Source: a virus (Duplodnaviria > Caudoviricetes). From it: a DNA stretch of 64,000 nt. Shown one piece after another: positions 46,551 through 56,931 of the stretch. A program made the translations under genes and the position numbers. How positions within the stretch are numbered: position 1 is the first letter of the stretch; the number at the start of each line of letters is the position of its first letter. Below the pieces are notes generated by a model. The model saw only the letters and a program-made list of their open reading frames with translations, was not told the origin of the DNA and ran no database searches. The DNA lies in the IMG/VR virus record IMGVR_UViG_3300029288_002061, positions 1 through 64,000 of that record. One strand, written 5' to 3'.

Positions 46551-47813
46551 CTAATCCTCTATGATATTGCCTTCTTCACCATAATAGGTCGTTATGTACC
46601 GGATACGTTGTACCAGATCGACCTCTTTGGTGAGATCGGGGCGCAACCACGCCCTACCAAAAATTGTACTTGAATAGTCCTTTGTAAACAAGCCCATAGC
46701 AACTCTGTTGGCTAACGTAATTGGCGTTGGATCTATGACTTTATAGAATTCGCCGCTTTCATAAGAGTGTATCCAGTGGTACTGATTCAGGGCGCGTTCC
46801 AGAGCGTCCGAAAGAGCCTCACAGTCATGTTTCAGGGAAGATTGTACCGATACGGTACAAGTACACTTGAAATAGATTCTACCGGTACTTTGGCGGGCTT
46901 TAAACGAGGAATAATGGTATTCAAACTCGTCCTCCCCGTAGCAAATCTCCCCCATTTTCTTGAATGTGTTGTCATTTATCACAACTGCGGTTGCTTTTGA
47001 CATCTCCATCCATGCGTCGGGGGAGGAAATATAGACCGTAGGGACAGCAAAAGCCGTAATAACCAGTCTTCCGGTCTGTTTTGAGGTCAATTCAAAGACT
47101 GCCCCGGATTCGGACGCCTGAATGGACTTAAATAGGTTTGTCGTCCGGTTTGGGTCGGTATCGGTGTTATAGATCTCCACAGGGGATACAAAACTACTCC
47201 ATTGGTGTTCCGGAGCGGCAATATTGGTGTGTTTTGCGTCGTAATAGAGGATACACCGAACCCGGATATTGTCTTCCAAGTGTATCATCATGGATTTCAG
47301 GAAATCGTCTTGATAATCGAAGTCCAGAGTTGTCGATAAGATGACTTGATGGAGAATCGGTGTCGATTTTCCGTTTGTACCCGGAGTAAGGTGGACTTTC
47401 AGCCGGAAACTCTTATCTTCGGTTACAGGGAATGACTGGATAGCCGCGTCCGCCTGTTCCGCCGTGATATAGGTATTTATAGCAGGGCCGGTGGCGGGCA
47501 CCCAAGCGGTCGTATAGGTATACCAATTCTGGCCGCCGTCATTGGAGAACTGATAGCCGATTGCCCCTTCACCGGAGGCTATGTGTTTGAACGCATAAAA
47601 GCCGGTAAGACCGTTTGCGTAATAACGGGGGAACACAACCGTTGTCTCTCGGTAGATACCAGCGGGAGAATAGTCGGTTTCCGTGCCATTGAGCTTACAA
47701 AGGTGGAGGGAACAATCGTCCAGACAGGCGCGGGGCCATCCGTGAAGCGGAGGTTCAAAGGTAAAATCGGAACCTTTGTACTTGTCATTCAGAAGGAAAT
47801 GAATATCTGGCAC
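46551..47813 (-). CDS. Neck/tail terminator-like protein
   Basis: Position between virion morphogenesis gene and sheath. Confidence 0.5.
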   Translation of the reverse strand: MPDIHFLLNDKYKGSDFTFEPPLHGWPRACLDDCSLHLCKLNGTETDYSPAGIYRETTVVFPRYYANGLTGFYAFKHIASGEGAIGYQFSNDGGQNWYTYTTAWVPATGPAINTYITAEQADAAIQSFPVTEDKSFRLKVHLTPGTNGKSTPILHQVILSTTLDFDYQDDFLKSMMIHLEDNIRVRCILYYDAKHTNIAAPEHQWSSFVSPVEIYNTDTDPNRTTNLFKSIQASESGAVFELTSKQTGRLVITAFAVPTVYISSPDAWMEMSKATAVVINDNTFKKMGEICYGEDEFEYHYSSFKARQSTGRIYFKCTCTVSVQSSLKHDCEALSDALERALNQYHWIHSYESGEFYKVIDPTPITLANRVAMGLFTKDYSSTIFGRAWLRPDLTKEVDLVQRIRYITTYYGEEGNIIED

Positions 47814-47817
47814 GTCA

Positions 47818-48423
47818 CTAATCCCCCAGACCGATCTCTTTAAGGATTACATCCTCATATGGTTCCATCCACTCCGAAAGGTTTTCGTCCAACAGATCAG
47901 CCGCCGGATTAAACAACGGCCTTGCCGGAACCACCAAGACCCTTGTTGTCTTCCTTAAATGAATACCTTTTGCCGCCAAAAACGAACGCATTTTGTCCGT
48001 GACAGGGATTGTAGCTCCGCCCTCGATAATCCGGGCGATCATCTCCATGTCTTTACCGTTCTCACCCTTGGGGATTAGAATGCCTACCACGGCACCGGCA
48101 TCATCTTTTTCAAGCTGTATAGCTCTCTTGAAAGATCCTTTATCAACCAATGGCTGTGAGGATCCGTACTGTGGTATGTCTTCCCCGGCTCCGGGGGTGT
48201 TTTTCTCGTTTCTGGCGGCCCTGAGCATCATTGTGACATCGCTCAAGCGGGGCCAATCCTGTTTACCCGAATCCAGCCACCTCATGACTTCATCATAGAG
48301 GCGTTGGCCGAAATCATGTGCGGCGGCAAGAGCTTGTTTCTTCAGGGATGCCTCACTGACTTTGGATAATTTATCCGCCAAGTCATTGAGATCCTTGAAT
48401 CCGTCCCACTTGATATCGAACAT
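47818..48423 (-). CDS. Virion morphogenesis/tail completion protein (Mu gpG-like)
   Basis: WPRLS..T, PLVDKG, EGGATI, VPARPLF. Confidence 0.75.
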   Translation of the reverse strand: MFDIKWDGFKDLNDLADKLSKVSEASLKKQALAAAHDFGQRLYDEVMRWLDSGKQDWPRLSDVTMMLRAARNEKNTPGAGEDIPQYGSSQPLVDKGSFKRAIQLEKDDAGAVVGILIPKGENGKDMEMIARIIEGGATIPVTDKMRSFLAAKGIHLRKTTRVLVVPARPLFNPAADLLDENLSEWMEPYEDVILKEIGLGD

Positions 48424-48833
48424 TAGATGGATTCCCGTGTAGTTCTGTTTTGTTCCCACTCGATATACGTCATAAGAGCATGTCCGCGATAGGGACTTAG
48501 CGGGGATACGTGGATCACGATAAAGTCACACGGGGTATCGTTGATTTTAATGATCCTATCACCGTTTTTTGGTACCCATCCGGATTTTTCAAGAACAGTT
48601 GGCCTGAAAACGGCAGAACCCCGAGAGTTCTCACCCTGACCGGTTTGTGTCCGGGTAGAGTTAAAGAACCCACGGTACCCTACCAGTTGTCCCGATATGG
48701 AGATATCTGAGGAATACACACGGTTTCCCTGTGGTTCCCGATAAAACCTGTCGGCGGGGGTGTCCTTACCGGACGAATAGGCTTTAACCACGAAGGTAGC
48801 CGGATTCATCCGGTAAGGCATTTGCAAGGCCAT
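48423..48833 (-). CDS. Head closure/stopper-like protein
   Basis: 136 aa, P..GDRI motif, position. Confidence 0.55.
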   Translation of the reverse strand: MALQMPYRMNPATFVVKAYSSGKDTPADRFYREPQGNRVYSSDISISGQLVGYRGFFNSTRTQTGQGENSRGSAVFRPTVLEKSGWVPKNGDRIIKINDTPCDFIVIHVSPLSPYRGHALMTYIEWEQNRTTRESI

Positions 48834-48868
48834 CGCTTACTCCCGTCGTGCCAACGTCTTATAACAAA

Positions 48869-49093
48869 TTACCGGGTTGCTTCAAAATCAGCCCAGAGCT
48901 GTTCACCCATCGTACCCGCAACTTGGGTTTCCAGAACGTCATTATGGTCAAGAATCGTGTCAAGATTCGACACAGCCACCGCAACACTCGGATCGGTCAC
49001 ATCATTCGCACTGAGAATGACGCGGGCCATATTGGACGCATCGCGAGGAGCGGGGTTGAACGTTTCGGTCGTTGCGCGAGGATCATACACCAT
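48869..49093 (-). CDS. Hypothetical virion protein
   Basis: AAGGAG RBS in the late operon. Confidence 0.55.
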   Translation of the reverse strand: MVYDPRATTETFNPAPRDASNMARVILSANDVTDPSVAVAVSNLDTILDHNDVLETQVAGTMGEQLWADFEATR

Positions 49094-49110
49094 GATTGTT
49101 ACTCCTTTTC

Positions 49111-50061
49111 TTAAGGGATACCGCCTATGTAGAAGAAATGCTGACCACTTGAAAACTGTTGCAAAATATCATCAACTTCCGGATTTCCTGTTGTCCATTC
49201 GCCACCGCCATGACCATAAGCCTTCGGTATAGCCGCCAGATTGTATGAATAGCCCTCTACGGATTCGCTATTCAACCGGTCGGCCCACCACTTCGGCCCC
49301 TCTGTATCCATATCAGTACCGCGTATGCCCAGAGGAACCATTTTGTCCTTGACCAATAGCATTGTGGCCCACTTAATCAGGCCGGGAACCTTTCCGTACT
49401 TGATTACAGGAGATCCCGCCGGAAGATTTACTGAAACCACGTCGGTAGTCACTTCACTTGTTACGTGATTTACCGACACCACCTGTATTGCTTCGGATTT
49501 CGGCGGGAGATCAAACCCTAACAAAAGGGTATCTCCGGCGTTAAATCCTGTAGTATCTGCGACTGCAAACGTCTGCACTCCGGGAGTAAGGGCGCCTGTT
49601 GTGGTTGTTTTGTAGAAGTTAAACGTCTCTTCAAGCCAACCAAATACACCATCCATTGTAACAAATTTCGGCTGCATCGGTAGTCGTGTCTGCCAGTCCA
49701 AAAGCTGAACGTACCTATCCTTGACCTCATAAGCGATATTCGGATATGTCATATCGAACAATCCGGGCTTGGTCAAACGGAGGTTTAATATCTCCAAAAT
49801 CGGCGTTGCCGTTGGAAGTTGCACGACACTACAATTTCTACCGTCAACACGTTCGCGGAGTCGCATTGGTATAAACCATTGACGGGTAATGTGGTTAATC
49901 CAGCTCGAACACAACTGGATCAGCATCATAGCCCTGTCATCGGGGAGCCGGTCTTCTGTGAGTCCTTCATCCCGCAAGTCTTGAATACTGCAATAGCGGA
50001 ATATGGTGCTTAGAAGACCACCATGACCCCTCATACCCGGATAGCCTGTTCCTGCTGACAT
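49111..50061 (-). CDS. Head-tail adaptor protein
   Basis: YCSIQDLR, I..IT.QWF, VPGLIKWA, SESVEGYSY, TGNPEVDDIL. Confidence 0.75.
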   Translation of the reverse strand: MSAGTGYPGMRGHGGLLSTIFRYCSIQDLRDEGLTEDRLPDDRAMMLIQLCSSWINHITRQWFIPMRLRERVDGRNCSVVQLPTATPILEILNLRLTKPGLFDMTYPNIAYEVKDRYVQLLDWQTRLPMQPKFVTMDGVFGWLEETFNFYKTTTTGALTPGVQTFAVADTTGFNAGDTLLLGFDLPPKSEAIQVVSVNHVTSEVTTDVVSVNLPAGSPVIKYGKVPGLIKWATMLLVKDKMVPLGIRGTDMDTEGPKWWADRLNSESVEGYSYNLAAIPKAYGHGGGEWTTGNPEVDDILQQFSSGQHFFYIGGIP

Positions 50062-50070
50062 AGAAAATCC

Positions 50071-50427
50071 TTATCGGTATCGTTTTTCACGGAAATAGTG
50101 ATAAAGCAAAACTGGGTCAGCCTCTGTTTCTGTCAACTGCCGCCATTCCGGGGCATTTGGTACACCTGTATCTGATGGAAATTTTAACGGGTTAAGCATA
50201 GATGTCCGTTTATTTGGCGGCATGGGAAGTGCATTTCCATTTATATCTACTTCAATAAACGGGTAATAGCCCATGTCCGGAACATTATAATGGAACCTAA
50301 GATAATCACCGTCTACGTCTTCAACTTGTGTTATTTCAGCGTACCGGAACCAATACACCCTATGGGTTACATGCCCATATTCCTGTCGGGTGCCTGGATT
50401 CTGGTAAACGTAAGTAAAATAACGCAT
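50071..50427 (-). CDS. Hypothetical protein
   Basis: AAGGAG RBS, 118 aa. Confidence 0.6.
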   Translation of the reverse strand: MRYFTYVYQNPGTRQEYGHVTHRVYWFRYAEITQVEDVDGDYLRFHYNVPDMGYYPFIEVDINGNALPMPPNKRTSMLNPLKFPSDTGVPNAPEWRQLTETEADPVLLYHYFREKRYR

Positions 50428-50456
50428 TTACACTCCTTTATTCCCTTATTATACAT

Positions 50457-50500
50457 ATTGCAATAATAGTAAATAACCAGTTGAAGGAAAAGTTATCTAC
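50457..50500 (-). promoter_or_regulatory. Hairpin-TATTATTGCAA element (possible late promoter or RNA processing site)
   Basis: GTAGATAAC/GTTATTTAC stem then TATTATTGCAAT, after the capsid terminator. Confidence 0.5.
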
Positions 50501-50514
50501 AAAAGTGTTCTAAC

Positions 50515-50546
50515 ACAAAGCCGGGGGCGGTATTTCACCCCCGGCC
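50515..50546 (-). terminator. Terminator after the major capsid gene
   Basis: GC-rich stem GCCGGGG...CCCCGGC then TTTGT. Confidence 0.65.
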
Positions 50547-50572
50547 CTATGAGTCTCCTATGTGCGACCTAC

Positions 50573-51922
50573 TTAGTAGGTCAGCTCACGGCGGCGGATG
50601 TTAACGGCCTTAACCACCGCGTCAACGTTTTCGACCGCGCAATCGACTTGGTTGTACACGATACTTTCGATCTGGTCGGTATTCTTGTTGAACTCGGTGA
50701 AGATACGGGTTCCGTCGAGAATGCCCCAGACAAAGTTTTTCGGGTTAACAAGGAAAATCGCGCTACCTTCGTTAGCCGTGGTGTACGTGCCGCTACCAAC
50801 ACCGCTATAGGTGACAGGAGCGAGGGGAACAGTCGGATCAGCGGGGGCAGGATCAGCCGCAAAGCCAAGGGTCGTATAGGCTTGGGACGCAACCGCAACC
50901 GGCATCAGGACAATGGAGCTGGCCACGCCAACCGTCGGAGATTCCAGACGAATCTGACCCATACGGTTATCTGTTGCCACAGCTTCGTACTGAATGCCAT
51001 AAGCGACGTTAGCAACAAGGGTGTCATTGATCTTCTTGCAGACATCCGTGGTGTTCAGCGTGCCGTGATTCAGTGTAACCGTCACAAGGCCAAGACCGTC
51101 GATGTTCAGGATCATGGTGTCGTTGTCCGCGCTGATCTCGAACGGGCCATACTTCACGCCAACAACCTGAGCGGCCTTACCGCTGTTGATGGTGATCGGC
51201 ATATCGTCGGGGATGAGAGGAACACGGGTCATCGAAGTACCAAGAGGGGCCATTTCAGCACCTTGGAGAGCCGCGTCACCCAGCATAGTACCACGGTCAC
51301 TGACCGTATCGTTCCAGTCAACCGCCAGAGAGTCACCAATGAGCCAACGCAGGGCGGGGTCGTTCTTATATTGCTTGGGCATAGCACGCTTCATCGCGGC
51401 GAACATACCCTTTGAGATGCTGTCACCTTTGACATCGACCACATGAGCGTTATCGGTGAGTTTCAAGATACCGTCGAAACGGCGCAGAAGTCCATTGGTT
51501 GTCAGCGTGGTATCACCCTGAATGAAGAGCATTTCAAGGTCAGTCGCGATACGTTCAACCATGGTGTCCATGATGGTCTGTTCAAAATCGTTCTGTTCGA
51601 TGTTGCCCTGCAGAGCTTCCGTGGTGATGTTCCAAGCCGAACGGACCTTCTTCGCCACCAGAGTGATACGCTGGAACTTGGCGCGGCTCAGATTGCCAGT
51701 GTCAACGCCTTCGTCAACGCTTTCCGTGACCGGTTCACCAACCCAGAGCTTATCGATGTCCATCATCGGACGGGGCATCTCAACAAAACGGGTCTGGGGC
51801 AGAAGCACGCTGAATTTCTTGACGAGCGTGATAAACTGCTTCTGCTGTTGCGGGTTCAACAGACCACCAGTGGTCATATCCGCAGTCTTGATACTCTTTT
51901 CGAGCATTTCACCATTACGCAT
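50573..51922 (-). CDS. Major capsid protein (HK97 fold) with inserted domain
   Basis: GGLLNPQQ...FI, ITTEALQGNIE, DLE...IQGD, FDGILKL, NPKNFVWG. Confidence 0.92.
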   Translation of the reverse strand: MRNGEMLEKSIKTADMTTGGLLNPQQQKQFITLVKKFSVLLPQTRFVEMPRPMMDIDKLWVGEPVTESVDEGVDTGNLSRAKFQRITLVAKKVRSAWNITTEALQGNIEQNDFEQTIMDTMVERIATDLEMLFIQGDTTLTTNGLLRRFDGILKLTDNAHVVDVKGDSISKGMFAAMKRAMPKQYKNDPALRWLIGDSLAVDWNDTVSDRGTMLGDAALQGAEMAPLGTSMTRVPLIPDDMPITINSGKAAQVVGVKYGPFEISADNDTMILNIDGLGLVTVTLNHGTLNTTDVCKKINDTLVANVAYGIQYEAVATDNRMGQIRLESPTVGVASSIVLMPVAVASQAYTTLGFAADPAPADPTVPLAPVTYSGVGSGTYTTANEGSAIFLVNPKNFVWGILDGTRIFTEFNKNTDQIESIVYNQVDCAVENVDAVVKAVNIRRRELTY

Positions 51923-51962
51923 TGTGTTCCTCCTATAAATTCAATTTAGACAGTCTTTAAGA

Positions 51963-53900
51963 CTACATCTTACTCGTGGCTTTGTTAGCCGCAATGTTAA
52001 ACAGACCATTGAACACGCCTTCATTGGTACTCTTTTCAATTTCCAGACGACCGTTGCTACGGCTCTTAGCAATGCCGGGAGCCTTGGTGAGGCTTTCAAT
52101 CGTCTTTTGCTGCGCTTCGATAATGCTTTGGAGCTTCTGCACCTTGGAGTCAAACCCCTTGGCAAGCTCTGTAGCAAGACCCTTGACAAGATTCAGGGTT
52201 TCCTTCTTGGACTTGCCGAATTCATCGTCCTTACCCATCTGCGGGAGCTTTGCCGTAGCAGCGATAGCATTGCTGAGAACGTTCTTGGCTTCCGACGCCC
52301 CACCTTCCGGGCCTTCGGCAGACTTGGCATATTCGGGCTGCTTATCCGCACCGGTAACGTTGGTGGAGGCAATGTCGGTCGAACCGCTAACCTTGTCATC
52401 ATTGGCATCCATGAAGTCACCACCGGGGGCGAACACGCCTTGTTCCTTAATCAGCTTCGCCATTCCCATAACCGACTGGGGAACAAACTTTTCCTTGAGG
52501 ACTTGACCGGCGAGAACAAACCGGACATCACTCAGGGCTTTGGCGAGCGTCATACCAACGCGGTCGGCCTTCTTGGGGTTCAAACCCTTGGCAAGCGGGG
52601 TGTGCTGCATCAGAAGAGCGATTTCGGAGAGCATACCGGCCACATTGACCGTCTTTTGCTGCTTCGCGAGCATCTTCTGCCGATGGGCCTTGAGGACAGC
52701 CTTGGCCGCCATAAGCTCTTCGTCAGACCATTCGCCGCCGTCGTTCATATCGACATCCGCGCCCATGTCCATTTCACCGCCCATGCCACCCATACCGTCG
52801 TCCATTCCCATGCCGTCATCCATACCGGCATCGGCAACAGCGGCGTCCGCGCCTTCCAGCTCTTCCATACCTTTGTCCATCTCATCAGCGACCGGGGCGG
52901 GAGCCGCACCAGCGTCACCAAAGAGTTCACCGGATTCACCGGCACCGGCATCAACGGGAGCGACCGTACCGGCATTGACTTCAGCGGCAGGATCAATCAC
53001 ATCGCCACCAGCATTCGCGTCAGTAGCGGCTTGCATCATAGCATCGTCACCAGCTACCGCGTCACCTCCAACGTTGTCTTCCAGCATGGCACCTTCGTCC
53101 TCTGCGAGAAAACTGTCCAACGGGAAACCGTCCTGTTGGGTGTTGGGATCTTCCGCAATGTCCTTCATGAGTTTCGCCATCGAGTTACCTCCATTTTTAA
53201 TGAGCTTTCCTATCTGGGCAAGAAATTGAGTTCCTGTACTGACATCCTTTGTAAGTCCTTCTATTTCTTGACCTTCTACCTTTTGATTATCACTATCAGA
53301 AATATCCTTTTCAAGCGATGTCGGTTGAAGGCCATCGAAGGCGTTCAATTCTTGTAGCGACTTCATAACCGCTCCGATAAAACCGGTACGGGGGTTGGCA
53401 GCCATTTCCTTTCGGGTACAGGCTACGTGGTCAAGAGCGACTTTGTTGATCTGGCGAACCATCTTGCCGGATTTGTCAAAAGCCACGCCGATTGCATCTT
53501 TTTCTGTGTGGGGAACGGAACCGCCGATACTGAGCTGTTTGGCACAATTCCCGTCCAAGACTTCCTTGTAAAGAGAACGGGCTTCCGGGAAGGAATCGTC
53601 AAGCTCAATGTCTACCATGACTTTCCAGAAAGGAGAGCCATTCTTGTCTTTATCCATAATGAGATTTGCGTCAACTGTGCGGCCAAAACCAAAGGTAGAA
53701 CGGTGATTATCAATAAGGTCAACGCCCTTCTTGAACTGTTCTACCATTCCCTGCAAGGCTTTTTGTGTCATCTGATCGTTTTCAAGATCGGTAAGGCTGT
53801 CACTCACAATGGCTGTGACGTGCGGCTTTCCCTTATCGTCCGTATAAGCCTTGGACAGATTGGTTGTGGCGACCCATTTTGCCAATGCCAATTCCGCCAT
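51963..53900 (-). CDS. Prohead protease-scaffold fusion
   Basis: DLEND, NH, LSIGG, LDHVA, ANPRT; acidic low-complexity scaffold region. Confidence 0.85.
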   Translation of the reverse strand: MAELALAKWVATTNLSKAYTDDKGKPHVTAIVSDSLTDLENDQMTQKALQGMVEQFKKGVDLIDNHRSTFGFGRTVDANLIMDKDKNGSPFWKVMVDIELDDSFPEARSLYKEVLDGNCAKQLSIGGSVPHTEKDAIGVAFDKSGKMVRQINKVALDHVACTRKEMAANPRTGFIGAVMKSLQELNAFDGLQPTSLEKDISDSDNQKVEGQEIEGLTKDVSTGTQFLAQIGKLIKNGGNSMAKLMKDIAEDPNTQQDGFPLDSFLAEDEGAMLEDNVGGDAVAGDDAMMQAATDANAGGDVIDPAAEVNAGTVAPVDAGAGESGELFGDAGAAPAPVADEMDKGMEELEGADAAVADAGMDDGMGMDDGMGGMGGEMDMGADVDMNDGGEWSDEELMAAKAVLKAHRQKMLAKQQKTVNVAGMLSEIALLMQHTPLAKGLNPKKADRVGMTLAKALSDVRFVLAGQVLKEKFVPQSVMGMAKLIKEQGVFAPGGDFMDANDDKVSGSTDIASTNVTGADKQPEYAKSAEGPEGGASEAKNVLSNAIAATAKLPQMGKDDEFGKSKKETLNLVKGLATELAKGFDSKVQKLQSIIEAQQKTIESLTKAPGIAKSRSNGRLEIEKSTNEGVFNGLFNIAANKATSKM

Positions 53901-53903
53901 GTT

Positions 53904-55829
53904 TTACTCCTTATCACTGATTACCGATTTGATGAGAAGATCTATTAGAATCTTCTTTTCCACCGGAAGACCACTACTTTCGATCATGCTTTGGATCTTC
54001 ATAAGTTCAATGTTACCATAGGTATTACGGTTATATCCACTGCCAACCTCTGCGGTCACTTCTTTTTCAGCATTTTCGTCTTGACCGCCTTGGTCTTGGG
54101 CTTCTCCGGCATTGTCTCCAAGTCCGCCGAAAATGTCATCCAAACCCATTGCGTCTCCGGCACCCATATCCATACCGCCGCCCATTCCACCGCCCATACC
54201 GGGCATTCCGCCACCGGCTCCGGGCTGTTGCTGGCCTTGTTGCTGGATCTTGTTCATTTCCTTGGTATAAAGACGTTCATTCTTCCAGTCATCCTTGACA
54301 GCTTCGGACTGGTGGAGCGTCATCTGGGCCATACTGACCTGAATCGGCTTATTGGCGAAAGCATAATCCATCGGATAAGGATCTTTACCGATTGATTCCC
54401 TGAGTTCATTCGGGGTCAACGCGCCAAGAGCGGCATAGGTCTGATCCATGCGGGCCAAATCCAGAGGATCTGTAAGCTTCATTCGTTCAAACCGGAAAGT
54501 AACTACGATTTCGTCCGATTTAAGTCCAAGAAGGGCCGGAATGAGCTTTTGGTTGATAATGTATTCCTTTTCCAACCGATCCGGCTCAAATTCCTGTTCA
54601 TTGGTGATTTCGCGGCTACAGGCCGCCGATGCCCTATTGGTAGAGTCACTGGCAAAGAACACCTGACCGATACCAAAACACTCCCGGATTTCCTCGTCAT
54701 TGGCTTCCCGGTAGGTCTGGAACGAGGCGTCTTCAGTAACGCCTACCGTGAGGGGTTTTAGGTCAATGGTCGGGCCGCCGCCGGACTTGTCAAAGCCTGT
54801 ATTCTGTTGTTCCGCTTGGATAATCAGGCAGTTATGGGACTTTTCCAGTCCAAGGGACTTACCCTTGAAATAATCCTCGATCTGTTGCAGGGTTTCGGCA
54901 CCCAGTTTTCCGCCCGATACCATGACCGCCATACGGGGAACCGCGTCATTCTCAAAGAATTTGACATTCCGGATAGCCGCAAATCTGTTACCAGTAATCG
55001 CCGGGGCTGCCGAGATATAACGGGGCGCGCCGTACCAGTAATTCATGGGTGTGTAGAGCCGGAAATGAATGACTTCGGTAGCCATATCATCAGGATCAAC
55101 GTTGGAGTCTTTGAAATACTCACCGGTACTGGCCGACATCGGTCGGGTATCACCGAATTCCTTGAAATACACCTTGTCATTGCCTTGAATCTGGACAAAT
55201 CCGTGTACTTCTTTATCCCCGTTATCGTCTGTAGTCACCCGCTTCCGCATCGTAATGGCCGGAATATGGTAGATATTAGTGATTATCCCATAAATGTTTC
55301 TGACAATTTCGAGATAGCCGTTACCGGTGGTTTCTTCGTCAACTTTGAGGTTGTAGAAGATTGAATTGGTCGGCATGTCCTCATTAGGGTTGGAAAACAG
55401 GCGATCAATGATAGCGGTTTGCTGTTTTACCCGTTCTTTGACCGTTTCTTCCGTCTCTTTGGTGATTTTGAGCTTAGGTTCAATGTGCCAACCCAAACCG
55501 AGCGTATTTCTAGCATAAGTACGGATTGACCTACCAAGACGGGTGTTATTTTCAACCGTAGCGGCTAGGACTTCCGGATTATGCTGGGGTTCGACATATT
55601 CACCACCGGCAAGCTCTTTGAAAGGATCCCCGGTAAGTTGACGGCTGGCCGCCGCGCCGGTATCCCGGTAGACCTGTTTCCCTGTTCTGTCATCACGATA
55701 ATGAGCGAGTCTGTTGTTCCCTTTGGACAAGTGAAGCTGTCCGAGTACCCCCATCATATTGTCAACAGAGGTATCTCCGAGCCGCATCTTCTCAATAGGG
55801 CTGACTTCAAGGGCGTCTTCTTCAGACAT
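53904..55829 (-). CDS. Portal protein (PBSX-like)
   Basis: GNGYLEIVRN, EVIHF, YGAP, FFENDAVP, TPNELRE. Confidence 0.92.
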   Translation of the reverse strand: MSEEDALEVSPIEKMRLGDTSVDNMMGVLGQLHLSKGNNRLAHYRDDRTGKQVYRDTGAAASRQLTGDPFKELAGGEYVEPQHNPEVLAATVENNTRLGRSIRTYARNTLGLGWHIEPKLKITKETEETVKERVKQQTAIIDRLFSNPNEDMPTNSIFYNLKVDEETTGNGYLEIVRNIYGIITNIYHIPAITMRKRVTTDDNGDKEVHGFVQIQGNDKVYFKEFGDTRPMSASTGEYFKDSNVDPDDMATEVIHFRLYTPMNYWYGAPRYISAAPAITGNRFAAIRNVKFFENDAVPRMAVMVSGGKLGAETLQQIEDYFKGKSLGLEKSHNCLIIQAEQQNTGFDKSGGGPTIDLKPLTVGVTEDASFQTYREANDEEIRECFGIGQVFFASDSTNRASAACSREITNEQEFEPDRLEKEYIINQKLIPALLGLKSDEIVVTFRFERMKLTDPLDLARMDQTYAALGALTPNELRESIGKDPYPMDYAFANKPIQVSMAQMTLHQSEAVKDDWKNERLYTKEMNKIQQQGQQQPGAGGGMPGMGGGMGGGMDMGAGDAMGLDDIFGGLGDNAGEAQDQGGQDENAEKEVTAEVGSGYNRNTYGNIELMKIQSMIESSGLPVEKKILIDLLIKSVISDKE

Positions 55830-56137
55830 TATCCGATATTATCCTCATAGACGAGACGGACGGCACAACCGGCGGTGAGTTCACACGTAACTACCGAATT
55901 GCCTACCGTAATAGGGAAAGGATTATCTACCGTTGGAAGGATACGTTCATCCGTGAAAGTATCTTCCAGAATGGTATAGACGTTGGGTGATACGCCACAT
56001 TTGAGGGTTACAGTCCCGGTTCCGGCACCAAACATAGCCAGAATACGCCAAGGTGAGGCCGAGTATTGAAACGTCGGCCCCACCTGTTGCGTTACGCCAG
56101 CAACCCCGCCAAAGACTTCCTGCACGACCACTGACAT
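55829..56137 (-). CDS. Hypothetical virion protein
   Basis: ORF coupled to the portal gene. Confidence 0.55.
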   Translation of the reverse strand: MSVVVQEVFGGVAGVTQQVGPTFQYSASPWRILAMFGAGTGTVTLKCGVSPNVYTILEDTFTDERILPTVDNPFPITVGNSVVTCELTAGCAVRLVYEDNIG

Positions 56138-56151
56138 AATCGGCCTCTCTC

Positions 56152-56379
56152 TTAGTAAATGAACGTGATGTACTTGAGCGGGCCGCGAGCGGCAAGAGCA
56201 GCCTTAAACGCGGCAAAGTCGGCAGACGCGGAGGTAATCGTGTAAAGGTCATTGACTTCCTGAGCGAGAGCAACAACCGCATCGCGGGTGACTTGCATAT
56301 CGCCAAGACCTTCCGAGTAATTACCCTTGATCGTGACAACTTGGCTATCGCCCAGAACCTTCTTGTGAGACATCGACAT
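56152..56379 (-). CDS. Hypothetical protein
   Basis: AAGGAG RBS. Confidence 0.55.
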   Translation of the reverse strand: MSMSHKKVLGDSQVVTIKGNYSEGLGDMQVTRDAVVALAQEVNDLYTITSASADFAAFKAALAARGPLKYITFIY

Positions 56380-56429
56380 CGTAAGACTCCTTTTTCTGTT
56401 TTTGTAGACAACGTGAACAAACACACTTA

Positions 56430-56467
56430 GTTGCAATAATAGCAAGGACTTCTACTAGGGTGCCTTG
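56430..56467 (-). promoter_or_regulatory. Hairpin-TGCTATTATTGCAAC element upstream of the head operon
   Basis: CAAGG/CCTTG stem; last 15 nt identical to the copies at 18 and 22148. Confidence 0.5.
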
Positions 56468-56531
56468 GAAGTTACTACTTTACCCTAACCGTTAATCTTA
56501 CATTTTCAACGACTTACATTCAACAACGTTA

Positions 56532-56756
56532 CTATTCCGGGATATTATCCCGCATTATTCTCCAAGTCCCCGTGCTATAGGCTTCGTCCCAGAATATCAG
56601 GTCTCCAGCCTTGAAAACGATGCTTGTTATGGGACAAGTGAAAGCCGTATCTACCAGAAAGGCATATCCGGTATAGAGGATCTTCCTATCCGGTATTGAT
56701 GCCGGAGAAGAAGCAATCCCGTGTAAATCAATGGGATAATCGCACGGATTAGCCAT
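56532..56756 (-). CDS. Hypothetical virion accessory protein
   Basis: GGAGG RBS; F.AGD.I.W motif shared with neighbours. Confidence 0.55.
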   Translation of the reverse strand: MANPCDYPIDLHGIASSPASIPDRKILYTGYAFLVDTAFTCPITSIVFKAGDLIFWDEAYSTGTWRIMRDNIPE

Positions 56757-56931
56757 TGTTTTCCTCCGTAGGTTCCGGGAACATCTCGCTTATGGAACTG
56801 AAAGCTCTTCTGAGAATAAGACCGGCTTTGATCTTTTCCGGGTTTGAAAGAGATTCCCAAGCTGCTTTCAGTGCCGCCATATTGGTATCAGCTTCGGTCA
56901 GAAAGTCATCAAGTGACGCCATTTTCGCCTC

